Translations under genes and position numbers: made by a program
Part shown: positions 28,170-38,400 of the stretch, one piece after another
Layout of the letters: every line of letters starts with the position of its first letter
Position numbering within the stretch: position 1 is the first letter of the stretch
Origin: Oscillospiraceae bacterium
Lineage (GTDB): Bacteria; Bacillota; Clostridia; Oscillospirales; CAG-272
Length of the DNA stretch: 64,000 bases
Assembly: GCA_015063305.1 (NCBI GenBank)
Contig: SVUJ01000002.1
Coordinates: forward strand, 67,388 to 131,387
Direction of reading: 5' to 3'
Notes under the pieces: model-generated
Told to the model about the DNA's origin: nothing
The model's input: only the letters and a program-made list of their open reading frames with translations
Databases searched by the model: none

Positions 28170-29470
28170 ATACTTGCGAAAAACTCGGTGAGCTTGTCTA
28201 TCGCTATCGAGCTTTCCTCGCGAGAGCTGAGGTCTTTTATCTTGACCATACCCGCTTCAAGCTCACTCGTACCCATAATGACCACGTGGCTGTAGTTGCC
28301 CTTAACGGCGTACTCTATCTGCTTTCCGAACTTCTTAGAGCCTATATAGATAGAGCTGTTGACGTTTGCCTCGCGCAGACGCGAAACGATGCTGGTGTAT
28401 TCCGAGTAGGGAACGTCGTCGAATTTTGTAACGAGGACCTTGACACCCTCGGAGTATATGTCGGGGATAAGTCCGTGTGTGTTGAGAAAGTTCTCGAGTG
28501 TAACGTCGCCGAATCCAAATCCGACACCCGACACGTTGGTATTCTTAACGAAGAGCCCCACAAGGTTGTCGTATCTGCCGCCGCCGAACATAGCGCGGTT
28601 GTTTTCGGGAGCGGTGTCAAGCACCTCAAATACCGTACCCGTATAATAGTCAAGACCTCTGATTATACCGAAGTCGAATACGCAGTATTCGTCAAGACCG
28701 AGAGCCCCGAGCGCCTCAAAGAGGTCGATGAGCTCCTGCGCACCCTTTGAGTCGGGGCAGAGCGCCGCCGCCTCGATAACACTCATAGTGTAGAGCGCGT
28801 CTATCTGCGCTATCTTGTCAGCATCAAGTCCAAGTGCGATAAGGTCTTTCTCATAAGCCTCGCGAGTTACCTTGTTTTTGCGGTCGATGACCTTTGATAC
28901 CTTGCGGCTTCCCTCGGCGTCAGTACCCGCAATAGCGGCGATAACGTCGTTGAAGAAGCGGCGGTTGTTTATATGCACCTTGAACATAGAGGAGTCAGCA
29001 TTAAACACCTTTAGCAAAGAGATAGCGGTGGATATCACCTCAAGGTCTGCCTCGTATGAGTCGCAGCCGAAGATATCAACGTTTACCTGCCAATGCTCGC
29101 GAAGACGTCCTCTCTGGGGATTTTCATATCTGTAAAGGTTGGGGATAGAGAACCATTTGAGGGGGAAGTTCAGCTCGTTTATCTTACCTGCCACAAGACG
29201 CGCAACGGTAGGCGTCATCTCGGGTCTTACGGCAAGGCGTCTTCCGCCTCTGTCGGTAAAGTTATAGGTCTGCTCGTTTGCAATCTCCTCGCCGCTCTTA
29301 GCGATATACATCTCGAGAGATTCGAGCATAGGGCCGTTATATTCCTCGAAGGCGGAGATCTCAAGCACCGAGCGTATCTTTCCGAAGAACCAGTTACGGA
29401 GCTTCATATCCGCGGGGTAGAAATCTCTTGTTCCTTTATATGGTTTTGTTGATAAAAGCTGTGCGCACAT
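28166..29470 (-). CDS. hisS: Histidyl-tRNA synthetase
   Basis: 434 aa. KPYKGTRDFYP N-terminus, class II motifs (RYENPQRGRLREHWQ, GGGRYDNL) and a C-terminal anticodon-binding domain. Confidence 0.93.
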   Translation of the reverse strand: MCAQLLSTKPYKGTRDFYPADMKLRNWFFGKIRSVLEISAFEEYNGPMLESLEMYIAKSGEEIANEQTYNFTDRGGRRLAVRPEMTPTVARLVAGKINELNFPLKWFSIPNLYRYENPQRGRLREHWQVNVDIFGCDSYEADLEVISTAISLLKVFNADSSMFKVHINNRRFFNDVIAAIAGTDAEGSRKVSKVIDRKNKVTREAYEKDLIALGLDADKIAQIDALYTMSVIEAAALCPDSKGAQELIDLFEALGALGLDEYCVFDFGIIRGLDYYTGTVFEVLDTAPENNRAMFGGGRYDNLVGLFVKNTNVSGVGFGFGDVTLENFLNTHGLIPDIYSEGVKVLVTKFDDVPYSEYTSIVSRLREANVNSSIYIGSKKFGKQIEYAVKGNYSHVVIMGTSELEAGMVKIKDLSSREESSIAIDKLTEFFASI

Positions 29471-29513
29471 TTTTTATACATCCTTTCGGGTTCGATAAAA
29501 TTAAACTCATTAA

Positions 29514-29542
29514 ATTATAACATACTAAAAATATTTTGTCAA
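29514..29542 (-). promoter_or_regulatory. Sigma-A-type promoter for the hisS operon (minus strand)
   Basis: On the minus strand: TTGACA (29542-29537), 17-nt spacer, TATAAT (29519-29514). The leader is only about 40 nt, so there is no room for a T-box. Confidence 0.6.
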
Positions 29543-29590
29543 TCGCGCCTTTATTATAATATATAAAAAATAATATATTTTATCTGTCTA

Positions 29591-29618
29591 TTGACTTTTG
29601 TAGGTTCGGTGGTATAAT
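29591..29618 (+). promoter_or_regulatory. Sigma-A-type promoter (extended -10) for the ABC operon
   Basis: TTGACT (29591-29596), 16-nt spacer, TGgTATAAT (-10 at 29613-29618). Confidence 0.6.
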
Positions 29619-29729
29619 CTTTGTGGTATGACTTTATATCATAAAAAAATAATAAATAATTCAAAAAGTGTACATAGTTTTAAGGTAAAATAAGGGTATA
29701 TTGAGAAATTTTATTTGGAGGATATCGCT

Positions 29730-30689
29730 TTGATAGAGATAAAAGGGCTTTTTAAGACTTTTGGAGAGACGAAGGCGCTCAGCGACTTGTCGTTTGAGCT
29801 TTCAGATGGTGGAATACACGCGATACTCGGCCCTGCGGGGGCGGGAAAGACCACCCTGCTCGATATTCTGAGCGGCTGTAAGCTTGCCGACGAGGGAAGT
29901 GTTATCATAAACGGCGTGGATATATCGAAAGAGCCGATAAAGGCTAAGAAAAAGATCGGATATATGCCTCAGATCCCCCCGCTTTACGAGGATATGACAC
30001 CCTATGAGTATCTCGTTTTCGTTGGCGATGCAAAGGGTGTGTTGGGAGAGAAGCTTTACCGAAACGTGGAGAGCGTTATTGATTTAGTGGGTATCGGAGA
30101 GGCTTCGGGAGCTATGATAAAAAAGCTCTCGAAGTCTAACAGAAAAAAACTTGCTATGGCTCAGGCTATGCTCGGAAATCCCGATATCATATTGCTCGAC
30201 GAGCCCACAGCGGGGCTTGGCGCTGCCGACGCGCAAAATATGCGTGAGCTTATAGCAAAGCTTGGCGAAATAAAAACTATCGTTATCTGCTCCCGCAAGC
30301 TCACTTGGCTCAAGGGACTTTGCCACGATATAACTATCATATCGGGCGCAGAGATCATAGCTCAGGGAAGCGTGGAGGAGCTTGAGGAAAAGCTCAGAGC
30401 AACCACAGCGCTTCGCATAACGGCAAGGGGAGACGAGGAGAAGATCGTAAGTGCTCTTGAGAAGGTAGAGGGCATACTCGAATGTATCGTATCCTCAAAG
30501 GAAAACGGGGTTATATCTCTTAAGATAGAGCACAGCTCGGATACCGATATACGCGATGACGTTTTCAATGCCCTGGCAGAGTCGGGCTGTCCGATACTTG
30601 CGATGGACACAGAGTCGCTCACACTTGACGAGGTGTATCTTAAGATATGCAGCATCAAGGAGAACACAGGAAAGGAAGATAGAGAATGA
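29730..30689 (+). CDS. ABC transporter ATP-binding protein (GldA-like) with about 100-aa C-terminal extension
   Basis: Walker A GPAGAGKTT, signature region, Walker B ILLDEPTAGL. TTG start 7 nt after RBS ggagga (MIEIKGL...). Confidence 0.9.
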   Translation: MIEIKGLFKTFGETKALSDLSFELSDGGIHAILGPAGAGKTTLLDILSGCKLADEGSVIINGVDISKEPIKAKKKIGYMPQIPPLYEDMTPYEYLVFVGDAKGVLGEKLYRNVESVIDLVGIGEASGAMIKKLSKSNRKKLAMAQAMLGNPDIILLDEPTAGLGAADAQNMRELIAKLGEIKTIVICSRKLTWLKGLCHDITIISGAEIIAQGSVEELEEKLRATTALRITARGDEEKIVSALEKVEGILECIVSSKENGVISLKIEHSSDTDIRDDVFNALAESGCPILAMDTESLTLDEVYLKICSIKENTGKEDRE

Positions 30690-31393
30690 AGGCTATATTC
30701 AAACGTGAGCTCAGGTCGTATTTTAACAATATGACGGGATTTATATTTATCTCTATATTCCTCTGCTTTGTGGGAATATTCGTTATGATGTATAACTTTT
30801 TCTATATGAGCTCATCGCTCGTATACTCGGTGGCGAGTATGATGCCGGTGCTGGCTCTGCTTGTGCCTGTTATAACGGCGCGCAGTATCCTTGCGGATAG
30901 ACAGAGCGGAGCTGACCGTCTGCTTTATTCCTTGCCCATCACCTCGGCGCAGGCGGTGCTTGGGAAATACGCGGCGTTGCTTGCCGTCTTCGCGCTCCCT
31001 GTGGCGTTTATGGCTATCCTGCCGCCCGTTGTAGGCTTGTTTGGCGAGGTCAATATGCTCTCGGCTTATCTTGCCTTGGCAGATTTCTTCGCGTTTGGAG
31101 CGGCACTTCTGGCGCTGGGTATGTTCATCTCCGCCGTCAGCAAGAGCGCACTCGTATCCTTTTGCGTAAGCTACGGTGTGGTCGTAGCGCTCTATGCTCT
31201 GAATATACTCTCGGCGGCGCTACCGAGCGGCAGCTTCTTTGCGGGTCTGCTTTCCTACGCTTCAATGTTTGGAAGCACCGACAGCCTTATGTACGGTCTG
31301 TTTGATATCAGAGCCCTGCTTTACTATATCTCAATAGCGGCAGTATTCGTTTTTCTCACGGTTCGTTCCTTTGAGAAAAAGCGTTACGTATAA
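30686..31393 (+). CDS. ABC-2 type permease (GldF-like)
   Basis: MKAIFKRELRSYFNNMTGFIFI N-terminus is typical of ABC-2/GldF permeases. 6 TM. ATGA overlap with the ATPase gene. Confidence 0.82.
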   Translation: MKAIFKRELRSYFNNMTGFIFISIFLCFVGIFVMMYNFFYMSSSLVYSVASMMPVLALLVPVITARSILADRQSGADRLLYSLPITSAQAVLGKYAALLAVFALPVAFMAILPPVVGLFGEVNMLSAYLALADFFAFGAALLALGMFISAVSKSALVSFCVSYGVVVALYALNILSAALPSGSFFAGLLSYASMFGSTDSLMYGLFDIRALLYYISIAAVFVFLTVRSFEKKRYV

Positions 31394-31404
31394 AGGAGGA
31401 CAGT

Positions 31405-32928
31405 ATGGAAAAAAAGAAGAATACCATCGGCAAGGGCTTTTTGCTGGGTACACTCTCACTTGTACTCGCCCTCTTGCTCATAGCTTTGAATATCGCGTCA
31501 CTCTTTTTGCCGAGCAGATTTTCAAGTATAGATATAACACCCTCGCGCCGCTACGCGCTCTCCGATCAGACCGGGAAATTTATTGAGGGTCTTGAAGAGG
31601 ATATCACTCTTTACGTGCTCAATGCCGACGGAAGCGATAAGGGTCTTGAGGAATTTATAAAAAGATATGCCGCAAGCTCAAAGCACATAAAGCTTGAGAG
31701 GGTCGATACCGTAGAAAACCCCGATTTTCTCGCGGGGCTCGGATACCAGACAAGTGCAGAGATATCGGCTTATACTGTGATAGTAAAGAGCGAAAAGCGC
31801 TCTTACCCCATAGACCCCTCAAACTTCTATTACTATTACAGCCAACAGTTCGGTGAGATATCGGCAAGTGATTACAGCTATTATCTCAATTATTTTGGCT
31901 CGTCCGAGGCGTATGCCGAATATTATAACGAGCTGGCGTATAATACCAGGGTTTATTTCCGCGGTGAGATGCTCTTCTCGCTTGGAATTGATTATGTAAT
32001 TCAAAAATTCATACCCCACGCCTACTTTATTACGGGAAGGGGAGAGGACAGCGTGAGCGGAGGAAATTTCGCGTCCTTCCTTGCTCAATACGGATATAAT
32101 GCAGAGGCGCACGATATAACGACTTCAGCAGGTATTCCCGAGGATGCGGGGTGTATCGTTATCAACTCACCCTCCGAGGACTACACAGAAGCCGAGGCTA
32201 AGATCATAATCGACTATCTTAAAGACGGCGGAAGAATGCTTTTACTCACCGATGCCGAAAACGCCTCTATGAAGAACCTGATGTCTATAATGGATTACTA
32301 CGGCGCAACGGTACAGGATATACTCATATCCGAGGATAAAGAGGTGAGCGAGGAAGAGACTCAGGAAGAAGAGACTCAGGAGGAAGAGTGCGAGCAGACC
32401 GCTCAGCCCGACCCGCACGAAATAGAAACGGTGATGAATTTTACGCATGATGTGTTTGCCCTTGCTCAGGGTTATACCGACAGCGTAAAGCTTCTCAATG
32501 CAAATCCGATAACCCTGAAGCCTTCGGGTGAGCTTCGCGACTCACAGCTTGTCAGCGCTATTTTGAGCACCACCGACAAGGCGTATACCGAAAGCGCCGA
32601 TAATAAGGGAGCTTACACGGTTGGCGTTGTTGTTGAGGAGGAGACCGAAAATGGTACAACGGGTATAGTCTGGCTCACGGGAGCGGACGCTTTTAATAAG
32701 TCAGACGCCGATTCCGATGCCATAGCGCTTCCGTTTTTCAGCTTTTATTGGGCGAACAGAGAGTTCGTTTCCGAGTTTGCAACTATGGACGGAGTACCTA
32801 TGGGCGAGGGAACACTCACAGCCTCGTCGAATATGGTCATGTGGCTCGGCGTGGTAATGATACTTCTCATTCCGTTTGCAATACTTTGCGCGGGAACGCT
32901 TATATACTTCAAACGCCGCAAGGTGTAA
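31405..32928 (+). CDS. GldG-like ABC-transporter auxiliary component
   Basis: 507 aa with N- and C-terminal TM anchors around a large extracytoplasmic domain. Follows the ABC-2 permease as in GldA/F/G triads. Strong RBS aaggagg. Confidence 0.7.
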   Translation: MEKKKNTIGKGFLLGTLSLVLALLLIALNIASLFLPSRFSSIDITPSRRYALSDQTGKFIEGLEEDITLYVLNADGSDKGLEEFIKRYAASSKHIKLERVDTVENPDFLAGLGYQTSAEISAYTVIVKSEKRSYPIDPSNFYYYYSQQFGEISASDYSYYLNYFGSSEAYAEYYNELAYNTRVYFRGEMLFSLGIDYVIQKFIPHAYFITGRGEDSVSGGNFASFLAQYGYNAEAHDITTSAGIPEDAGCIVINSPSEDYTEAEAKIIIDYLKDGGRMLLLTDAENASMKNLMSIMDYYGATVQDILISEDKEVSEEETQEEETQEEECEQTAQPDPHEIETVMNFTHDVFALAQGYTDSVKLLNANPITLKPSGELRDSQLVSAILSTTDKAYTESADNKGAYTVGVVVEEETENGTTGIVWLTGADAFNKSDADSDAIALPFFSFYWANREFVSEFATMDGVPMGEGTLTASSNMVMWLGVVMILLIPFAILCAGTLIYFKRRKV

Positions 32929-32944
32929 CCTTGTAAATAAAAAC

Positions 32945-32990
32945 ACCGCCGAAAGTGACCTTTGGGTCGCTCTCGGCGGTATTTGTTTTT
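32945..32990. terminator. Bidirectional terminator between convergent ABC operons
   Basis: accgccga...tcggcggt outer stem with inner gacc/ggtc; flanked by aaaa and tttgttttt. Confidence 0.7.
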
Positions 32991-33013
32991 AAAAGCAACG
33001 GTTTGGCGGGGGC

Positions 33014-34081
33014 TTAAATGCTTTGTGATATAGATACCAGAATTGAAGGTAGGATCAAGCCCAACGCGATAGATATATAGTCGATCGGTTTAAAGCGAAG
33101 TCCTCTCCGATAGATTATGTATCCTGTTACCATTACTATCAGCATTATAACATATGTTTCTATATCCGTGTAAGAACAGAGGTATGACACAGCAAGCAGG
33201 GGAAGGAGCACCTTGTATCCAAAGGGAGAAGAGGAAATTGAGCCGATGTTCTCGGCGCGTTTGTTTTTGAAAAGCCATATCAGACCGAAGATAAGCAAGG
33301 GAGTGATGACCGACCACAAAACAATGCCTGTAATGTCGGATTTATATATGGTTGCCGACTCCATATCGCGGGTGAGTGTTACCGAGTTTCCTTTTGTCAC
33401 AAAAGTAAAGCCGGGTATCAATCTCGCCTTTACCGTATACCATAGAGAGGATAGAATGAAGTAGGGCGATAAACAGCCGCCAACTATAAGATCGGTACTG
33501 TCGGAATAGACAACTTCATCGATCATGTTTCCATATAAGTCTTCTGCGGCGTAAAATACGGCGAGTCCTATAAAGGCGTAAAATATCAGCCATATTATGC
33601 CGTCTGCTGTTGTATTCGCGCGCTCAAATATAAAGGCTGTAGCTGCATATATGATAAGACACCCGAATATAGTGAACGCGAAAAGTAAAAACAAATTCCA
33701 AGTATAAAACGGGTACGAATGGCTCGACAAAACGAAAAAGGCAACTATAAAGCAGACAAGATTTACAAGGACCGTATGAAGAAATCCGTTGGCGAAATGT
33801 ATTGCCGCCATTTTTCTGCGCTCCAAAGGCAGAAAGAGCACAGTGTCCATATTGCGCTTGTTTTTAAAGGGTAAAAACTCAAGTATCGGTATTATTGTAG
33901 ATATTATTATGGCTATGGTTTGAAGTATAGAGAGATTTTCTGAAGAATAATACTCATAATTATTTCCATACGTGTACCATACGGATACCAATGTCAGAAG
34001 GGCACATAAAATGGCGATTATCGCAAAACGCAAAAATGTTGATCTGAAATGATAAAGAAAATATTTTTTGAAGCTCGTCAT
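33014..34081 (-). CDS. Polytopic membrane protein, putative permease partner of the YtrA-type ABC system
   Basis: 355 aa with about 9-10 hydrophobic segments. Overlaps the upstream ATPase gene by 4 nt. No family motif recognised. Confidence 0.6.
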   Translation of the reverse strand: MTSFKKYFLYHFRSTFLRFAIIAILCALLTLVSVWYTYGNNYEYYSSENLSILQTIAIIISTIIPILEFLPFKNKRNMDTVLFLPLERRKMAAIHFANGFLHTVLVNLVCFIVAFFVLSSHSYPFYTWNLFLLFAFTIFGCLIIYAATAFIFERANTTADGIIWLIFYAFIGLAVFYAAEDLYGNMIDEVVYSDSTDLIVGGCLSPYFILSSLWYTVKARLIPGFTFVTKGNSVTLTRDMESATIYKSDITGIVLWSVITPLLIFGLIWLFKNKRAENIGSISSSPFGYKVLLPLLAVSYLCSYTDIETYVIMLIVMVTGYIIYRRGLRFKPIDYISIALGLILPSILVSISQSI

Positions 34082-34962
34082 TTCTTTGCCTCCTTTGATA
34101 CCTCGTTGATAAATATCTCCTCAAAGTCTATGGGTAGTTGTTCAATGACCGTGGGCGACAGACCAAGTAATATTTTTTCTATCTCGGATGCTTCTCCGTC
34201 AAAAACCGCGTTTACGAATTTACCGCTCGATTTTATCGAAATTACGGGGAGAGAGCCGAATATTTCCTCGGAAAATCCGTTAGCAAATCCAAGCATAAAT
34301 TTGCAGTACTTATTGATACGCTCGGAAATATCCCCCGAACTGCTTATACTCTTATTATCTATAACGGCATATTTGTCGCAAAAGCTTTCAAGCTCGTTAA
34401 GGGAATGGCTTGAAATAATGATAGTAGAGCCGTGTTCGTCTGCCATAGCGGCAAGCTCATCTCTGACGGTACAGCGCGCGAGCGGGTCAAGTCCGTCAAA
34501 GGATTCGTCAAGGAATAGATATTTGGGGCGGATAGCCAGAGCTATCGCTATATACGCCTGACGGCGCATACCCTTTGAGAAGTTTCGGATAGGAGCTTTA
34601 TCGTCCAGCGAGAATAGCTCCATAAGACGGTTATATCTGTCCATATCTATGTTATAGTGAGGCATATACATAGACAGAATACTTTTTATAGTTGTTGTAT
34701 GCGTGAAATACGGATCGTCGGGAAGGAAAAATATATTTTTGCGGGTCTTTTCTTTTTCGACCGAAGCGCCGTCGATCTCAATTTTTCCCTCGTCGGCGAA
34801 ATATACGCCCGAAAGGAGTCTGAGAAGGGTGGATTTACCCGCACCGTTTACACCCACGATGCCCATAATAGTTCCCTCGGGAACACTAAGGTTTACGTCT
34901 TTTAAAACTTCCTTCCCGCCAAGGCCGTGAGAAAGAGCTGAAATTTTAATCATATTTACCAA
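34078..34962 (-). CDS. ABC transporter ATP-binding protein
   Basis: Walker A GVNGAGKSTLL, signature-like FSKGMRRQ, Walker B LFLDESFDGLD. Confidence 0.9.
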   Translation of the reverse strand: MVNMIKISALSHGLGGKEVLKDVNLSVPEGTIMGIVGVNGAGKSTLLRLLSGVYFADEGKIEIDGASVEKEKTRKNIFFLPDDPYFTHTTTIKSILSMYMPHYNIDMDRYNRLMELFSLDDKAPIRNFSKGMRRQAYIAIALAIRPKYLFLDESFDGLDPLARCTVRDELAAMADEHGSTIIISSHSLNELESFCDKYAVIDNKSISSSGDISERINKYCKFMLGFANGFSEEIFGSLPVISIKSSGKFVNAVFDGEASEIEKILLGLSPTVIEQLPIDFEEIFINEVSKEAKK

Positions 34963-35299
34963 ATACCTCCTTTACCTGTGACATAACGTCTTCGTATGAC
35001 ATTCCGCTATCCCTGAGCTCGATCAAAACAGGACGCGCATCTATTGGTGAAGGATTCGGAGATTCCTCACCGTAAATGACGAAAGCGCCTTTTTTGGGCA
35101 GAGCTCTTATAAACGATCTTTCTTCTAATACAGAGTAAGCTTTGGCAACCGTGTTGGGATTTACACCGAGCTCTGCGGCAACGGTTCTTACCGAGGGCAG
35201 TTTGTCACCGGCTTTATAAAGACCGTTTAAAATGTAATTCTCAAACTTATTTGCTATTTCAAGATAAACATCTTGTTTTCCGAGAAATTGAAGAGCCAT
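34946..35299 (-). CDS. GntR-family transcriptional regulator, YtrA subfamily
   Basis: Short (117 aa from ATG 35299) winged-HTH: GDKLPSVRTVAAELGVNPNTVAKAYSVLE. Heads a GntR-ABC ATPase-membrane protein operon, as ytrA does. RBS aaaggagg. Confidence 0.88.
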   Translation of the reverse strand: MALQFLGKQDVYLEIANKFENYILNGLYKAGDKLPSVRTVAAELGVNPNTVAKAYSVLEERSFIRALPKKGAFVIYGEESPNPSPIDARPVLIELRDSGMSYEDVMSQVKEVFGKYD

Positions 35300-35316
35300 A
35301 TATCCTCCTTTCAAAA

Positions 35317-35343
35317 CTGTATTATCTGTACTATCTGTATTAT
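35317..35343 (-). promoter_or_regulatory. Putative YtrA-type operator: three tandem 9-mers overlapping the -10/+1 region
   Basis: Plus strand CTGTATTAT CTGTACTAT CTGTATTAT (35317-35343). On the minus strand this is ATAATACAG-type repeats running from the -10 into the leader. Confidence 0.5.
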
Positions 35344-35367
35344 ACCATAGCTAAATCTGTCTGTCAA
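35339..35367 (-). promoter_or_regulatory. Sigma-A-type promoter for the GntR/ABC operon
   Basis: On the minus strand: TTGACA (35367-35362), 17-nt spacer, TATAAT (35344-35339). Confidence 0.65.
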
Positions 35368-35393
35368 TACCGTTTTGAGAATTTAAATGAAAA

Positions 35394-35420
35394 ATGCGGG
35401 AGTTTGTTACTCCCGCATTT
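35394..35420 (-). terminator. Intrinsic terminator after addA
   Basis: aatgcgggagt / actcccgcatt 11-bp stem with A/T runs on both sides, immediately after the addA stop. Confidence 0.75.
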
Positions 35421-35422
35421 TT

Positions 35423-38400
35423 TTATAACACCACCGTTTTGGCGGCGTGGGTCGAATATATTGCGACTGTATCGCACTTTTTATCAAAAAGGCGTTCAAC
35501 GGCGGTCTTGTAATATGAGAGCTGCTCGGAATGAAGAGTTTTCATCTTTTGCCCCAGAAGCTCATCACTCGAACGTTCGGCACGGCTAAGACGGTCGGTC
35601 TTATAATCGTAAAGCTCAAGACTTCCGTCCCCGTTCATAACGATAAGGTCGATAACTCCCTGAACCGCAAGCATTTCATCTCCGAGCGAGGCTATCAGAT
35701 CTTCGTCGGAAGAGAACATAGAGGGCGGCAGAAGTATATTGAAGCGTTGCTCTCGCCATATCTGCTTTGCGCCGAGTATCTTGCTAAAAAGCTCACTTGA
35801 GCAGAAGGCTTCAAGTTCCTCCAAAAATACCTGCTCTTCGGCAGATGCTGGTAGGAATCTCTCCTCAATAAGACGTGAGAGCTCCTCGCGCACGCCTGTG
35901 CGCGAAAGCCGTTCAAAATCGCAGAACTGCATAAAGAGGTGGGTCGCCGTACCTCTTTCGGTGGCGCTTAGCTTTTGCCTGTCTACGTTCAGCAGTATGT
36001 CGGGAACGTCGGTCTTTTTCTCATTTTCAAACAGCGACACACCGTCCTCGTTCTCGTCGAGCATATCGGGATAGAGCCGTGATACCGACAGCTTCGCGGG
36101 AAGCTTTGAGTGACGTGCATACGGATATTCAAATCCAAATTTTTCACGCAGACGTGCATAAAGCTCTTCGTCGACCTCGCCGCGCGGCTCGGTACTTTCG
36201 GGCAGAGCGCCCGACGATACGGTGGCATATACAGTGTCGGCGGGAAGGAACTCGATATCGTATACCTCGGTATGCTCTACGCCCGAGAGCGAGAGCAGTA
36301 TCCATTCAAGATATGATTTGCACCGCATAAGAACGTATCTTCCCGAATACGCCCTTGCGGTCTGCGCGTCTGCGATAAGCTTTTCGGGGGTCTTTGAGGT
36401 TGACGCCGTTATATAAAGGCGCTCCCTTGCTCGGGTCATAGCAACGTAAAGCACTCGCATCTCCTCTTCGAGCTGAGATGTGATTATCTTTGATGCCACA
36501 GCCTCGCGCATAGGGGTGTTTATTCTCGCAAATCCCGTTCCGTCGGGGAGCTTCATGGCAATTCCCGCCGAATATTCAAAGAGAAGCGAGTCCTTAAAAT
36601 CCTCTCGGTTGAATTCTCCCGAAGTGCCGCAAAGGAAGCAGACGGGGAATTCAAGACCCTTTGAGTGGTGTATGGTCATCAGCGAGATGGCGTTCTCGCC
36701 CCCCTCTGACGAGGCGGTGTCGAACTTTTTGCCCTCTGCTATGAGTGTGTTTATGTATTCTATGAAGTCATAAAGACCGCGGAACGAGCCCGACTCAAAA
36801 TGCCTTGCGTATTCGTAAAGCAAGAGCAGATTTTGTGATACCACAAGCCCCGAAGCCAAAAATTCCGCCGAGGAATATATCCTCTTTATAAGCTTATCCA
36901 CGGGCAGGGAATGGGTCAAAAATCTCCATTTTGAGAGGACCGAGATAAATCTGCGGCATTTGTGCGCGGTATCGTCCTCAAGCTTTGAGTATTCCTCAAG
37001 CGCTTCAAACAGAGAGTGCGAGATATCCGCCGCGCCGCGTATATCTATAAGCTCCTCGGCAGAGAAATCAAAGATGGGTGAGCGCAGCGCCCCCGCGAGA
37101 TAGATATCTCTGTGGGGATTGTCGATAACGTTGAGAAGCGAGAGCATCAAGAGAACGTCGGGGTTCTCAAAATATCTGTCGTCCTCAGCTCCGCTGTACG
37201 CCATTCCCGCCTCGTCAAGCGCCTGCTTCAGCGCGTTTTTCATCGACTTGGAGCGGAAGAGCACGGCTATATCCGATGGAGTTATCGGCGAGCCGTCGGC
37301 CTTCTTTTCGTACTTCATCAACTCGGCTATTTTTGAAACTATATACCTTGCCTCAGCCGCTCTGTTGTTCTCGGCGTTGCTTACGTATAAGCTCTCCCCG
37401 TCCTCGGGGGGGACGATTATACTCATTTCTACCTTAGGTGAGATATAATCCTCGGAGGGTGGTATCTTTGAGAAAACGAGGTCGTCCTCTTTTGTGTATC
37501 CTATATTTTCGGCGCAGATGCCGAAGAGATAGGAGCAAACGGCGTTGGTGAATCTTATCACGTTTTCGTCGCATCTGAAGTTGTTGGACATAAAGATGGC
37601 TTCGTTTTCGGCACTCTGTGCCGCCTCGCTTCCGTGAATGGGAAAGCTTGTTCGGTAGGAGGCGAAAACGTGCGGCTCAGCGCCGCGGAAGCCGTAGATG
37701 CTCTGCTTTATGTCACCAACCATAAAGCGGTTGTTGCCCTTTGATATCGCCTTGAATATCATATCCTGAACTCGGTCAACGTCCTGATATTCGTCTATGT
37801 ATATCTCGGAATAGCGCTCGGATATTGCCCGAGCGCTGTCGGTGGGTGAGCCGTCGGGAGCGACCAGAAGGCGGAGCGCATATCTTCTTATATCGCCAAA
37901 ATCGCATATACCGCGTTGCAGCTTTTCCTCGCCGAGCTTTTTCTCAAACTCGGACATAAGGTTATAAAGGGTCAGGGTGATATCGGCGGTCTGTTTAAGG
38001 GCTTTTGATATATTGTCGGGCGTGAGCCCAAAGGATTTTTCTCCAATTTTCCTTATTTCATTGGTTATCTTCGTTCTTCTGTCCTTGATTGAGGTCGATA
38101 GCTCGGATGCTGTTCCTTTTGGAAGAGAGCGCAATTTTATCGGCGCGTAGGAAAGAAGATGTGCGCGGGATCTTGCGTAGCCGCCCGTGCTAAGTATCTC
38201 CAGAAGGTCGCGGCAGAAGGTCAGGTCGTAAGCGAAAGAGGGAAGATAATACTCCGAGAGAAGCTCGTCTGTCGATATAGCCTCAACGGCATCGGAGAGC
38301 GCCGAGATAAAATATTTCACGTTGTCAGAGGTGTTACGGCAGAGTATTTTTCCATAAGAGCTCTCAAAAAAGTCACCCTCTGCCGAGGTGCGGCTGTCCT

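Noticed and set aside
28103-28750. Long antisense or alternate-frame ORFs inside core genes. Examples are 28103-28750 in hisS, 13261-14232 in leuS, 5060-5980 and 6071-6847 in smc, 40815-41696 in addB and 54124-54912 in relA.
   Set aside because: They have low-complexity or Arg/Ser/Leu-rich translations, no RBS, and lie fully inside well-supported genes on the other strand or frame. These are typical shadow ORFs.
29471-29729. Possible T-box or other riboswitch in the 259-bp AT-rich region upstream of hisS, and likewise upstream of leuS.
   Set aside because: Consensus divergent promoters account for the region. The hisS leader is only about 40 nt, with no specifier/terminator-antiterminator helices or T-box sequence. 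leuS starts 28 nt after rsfS.
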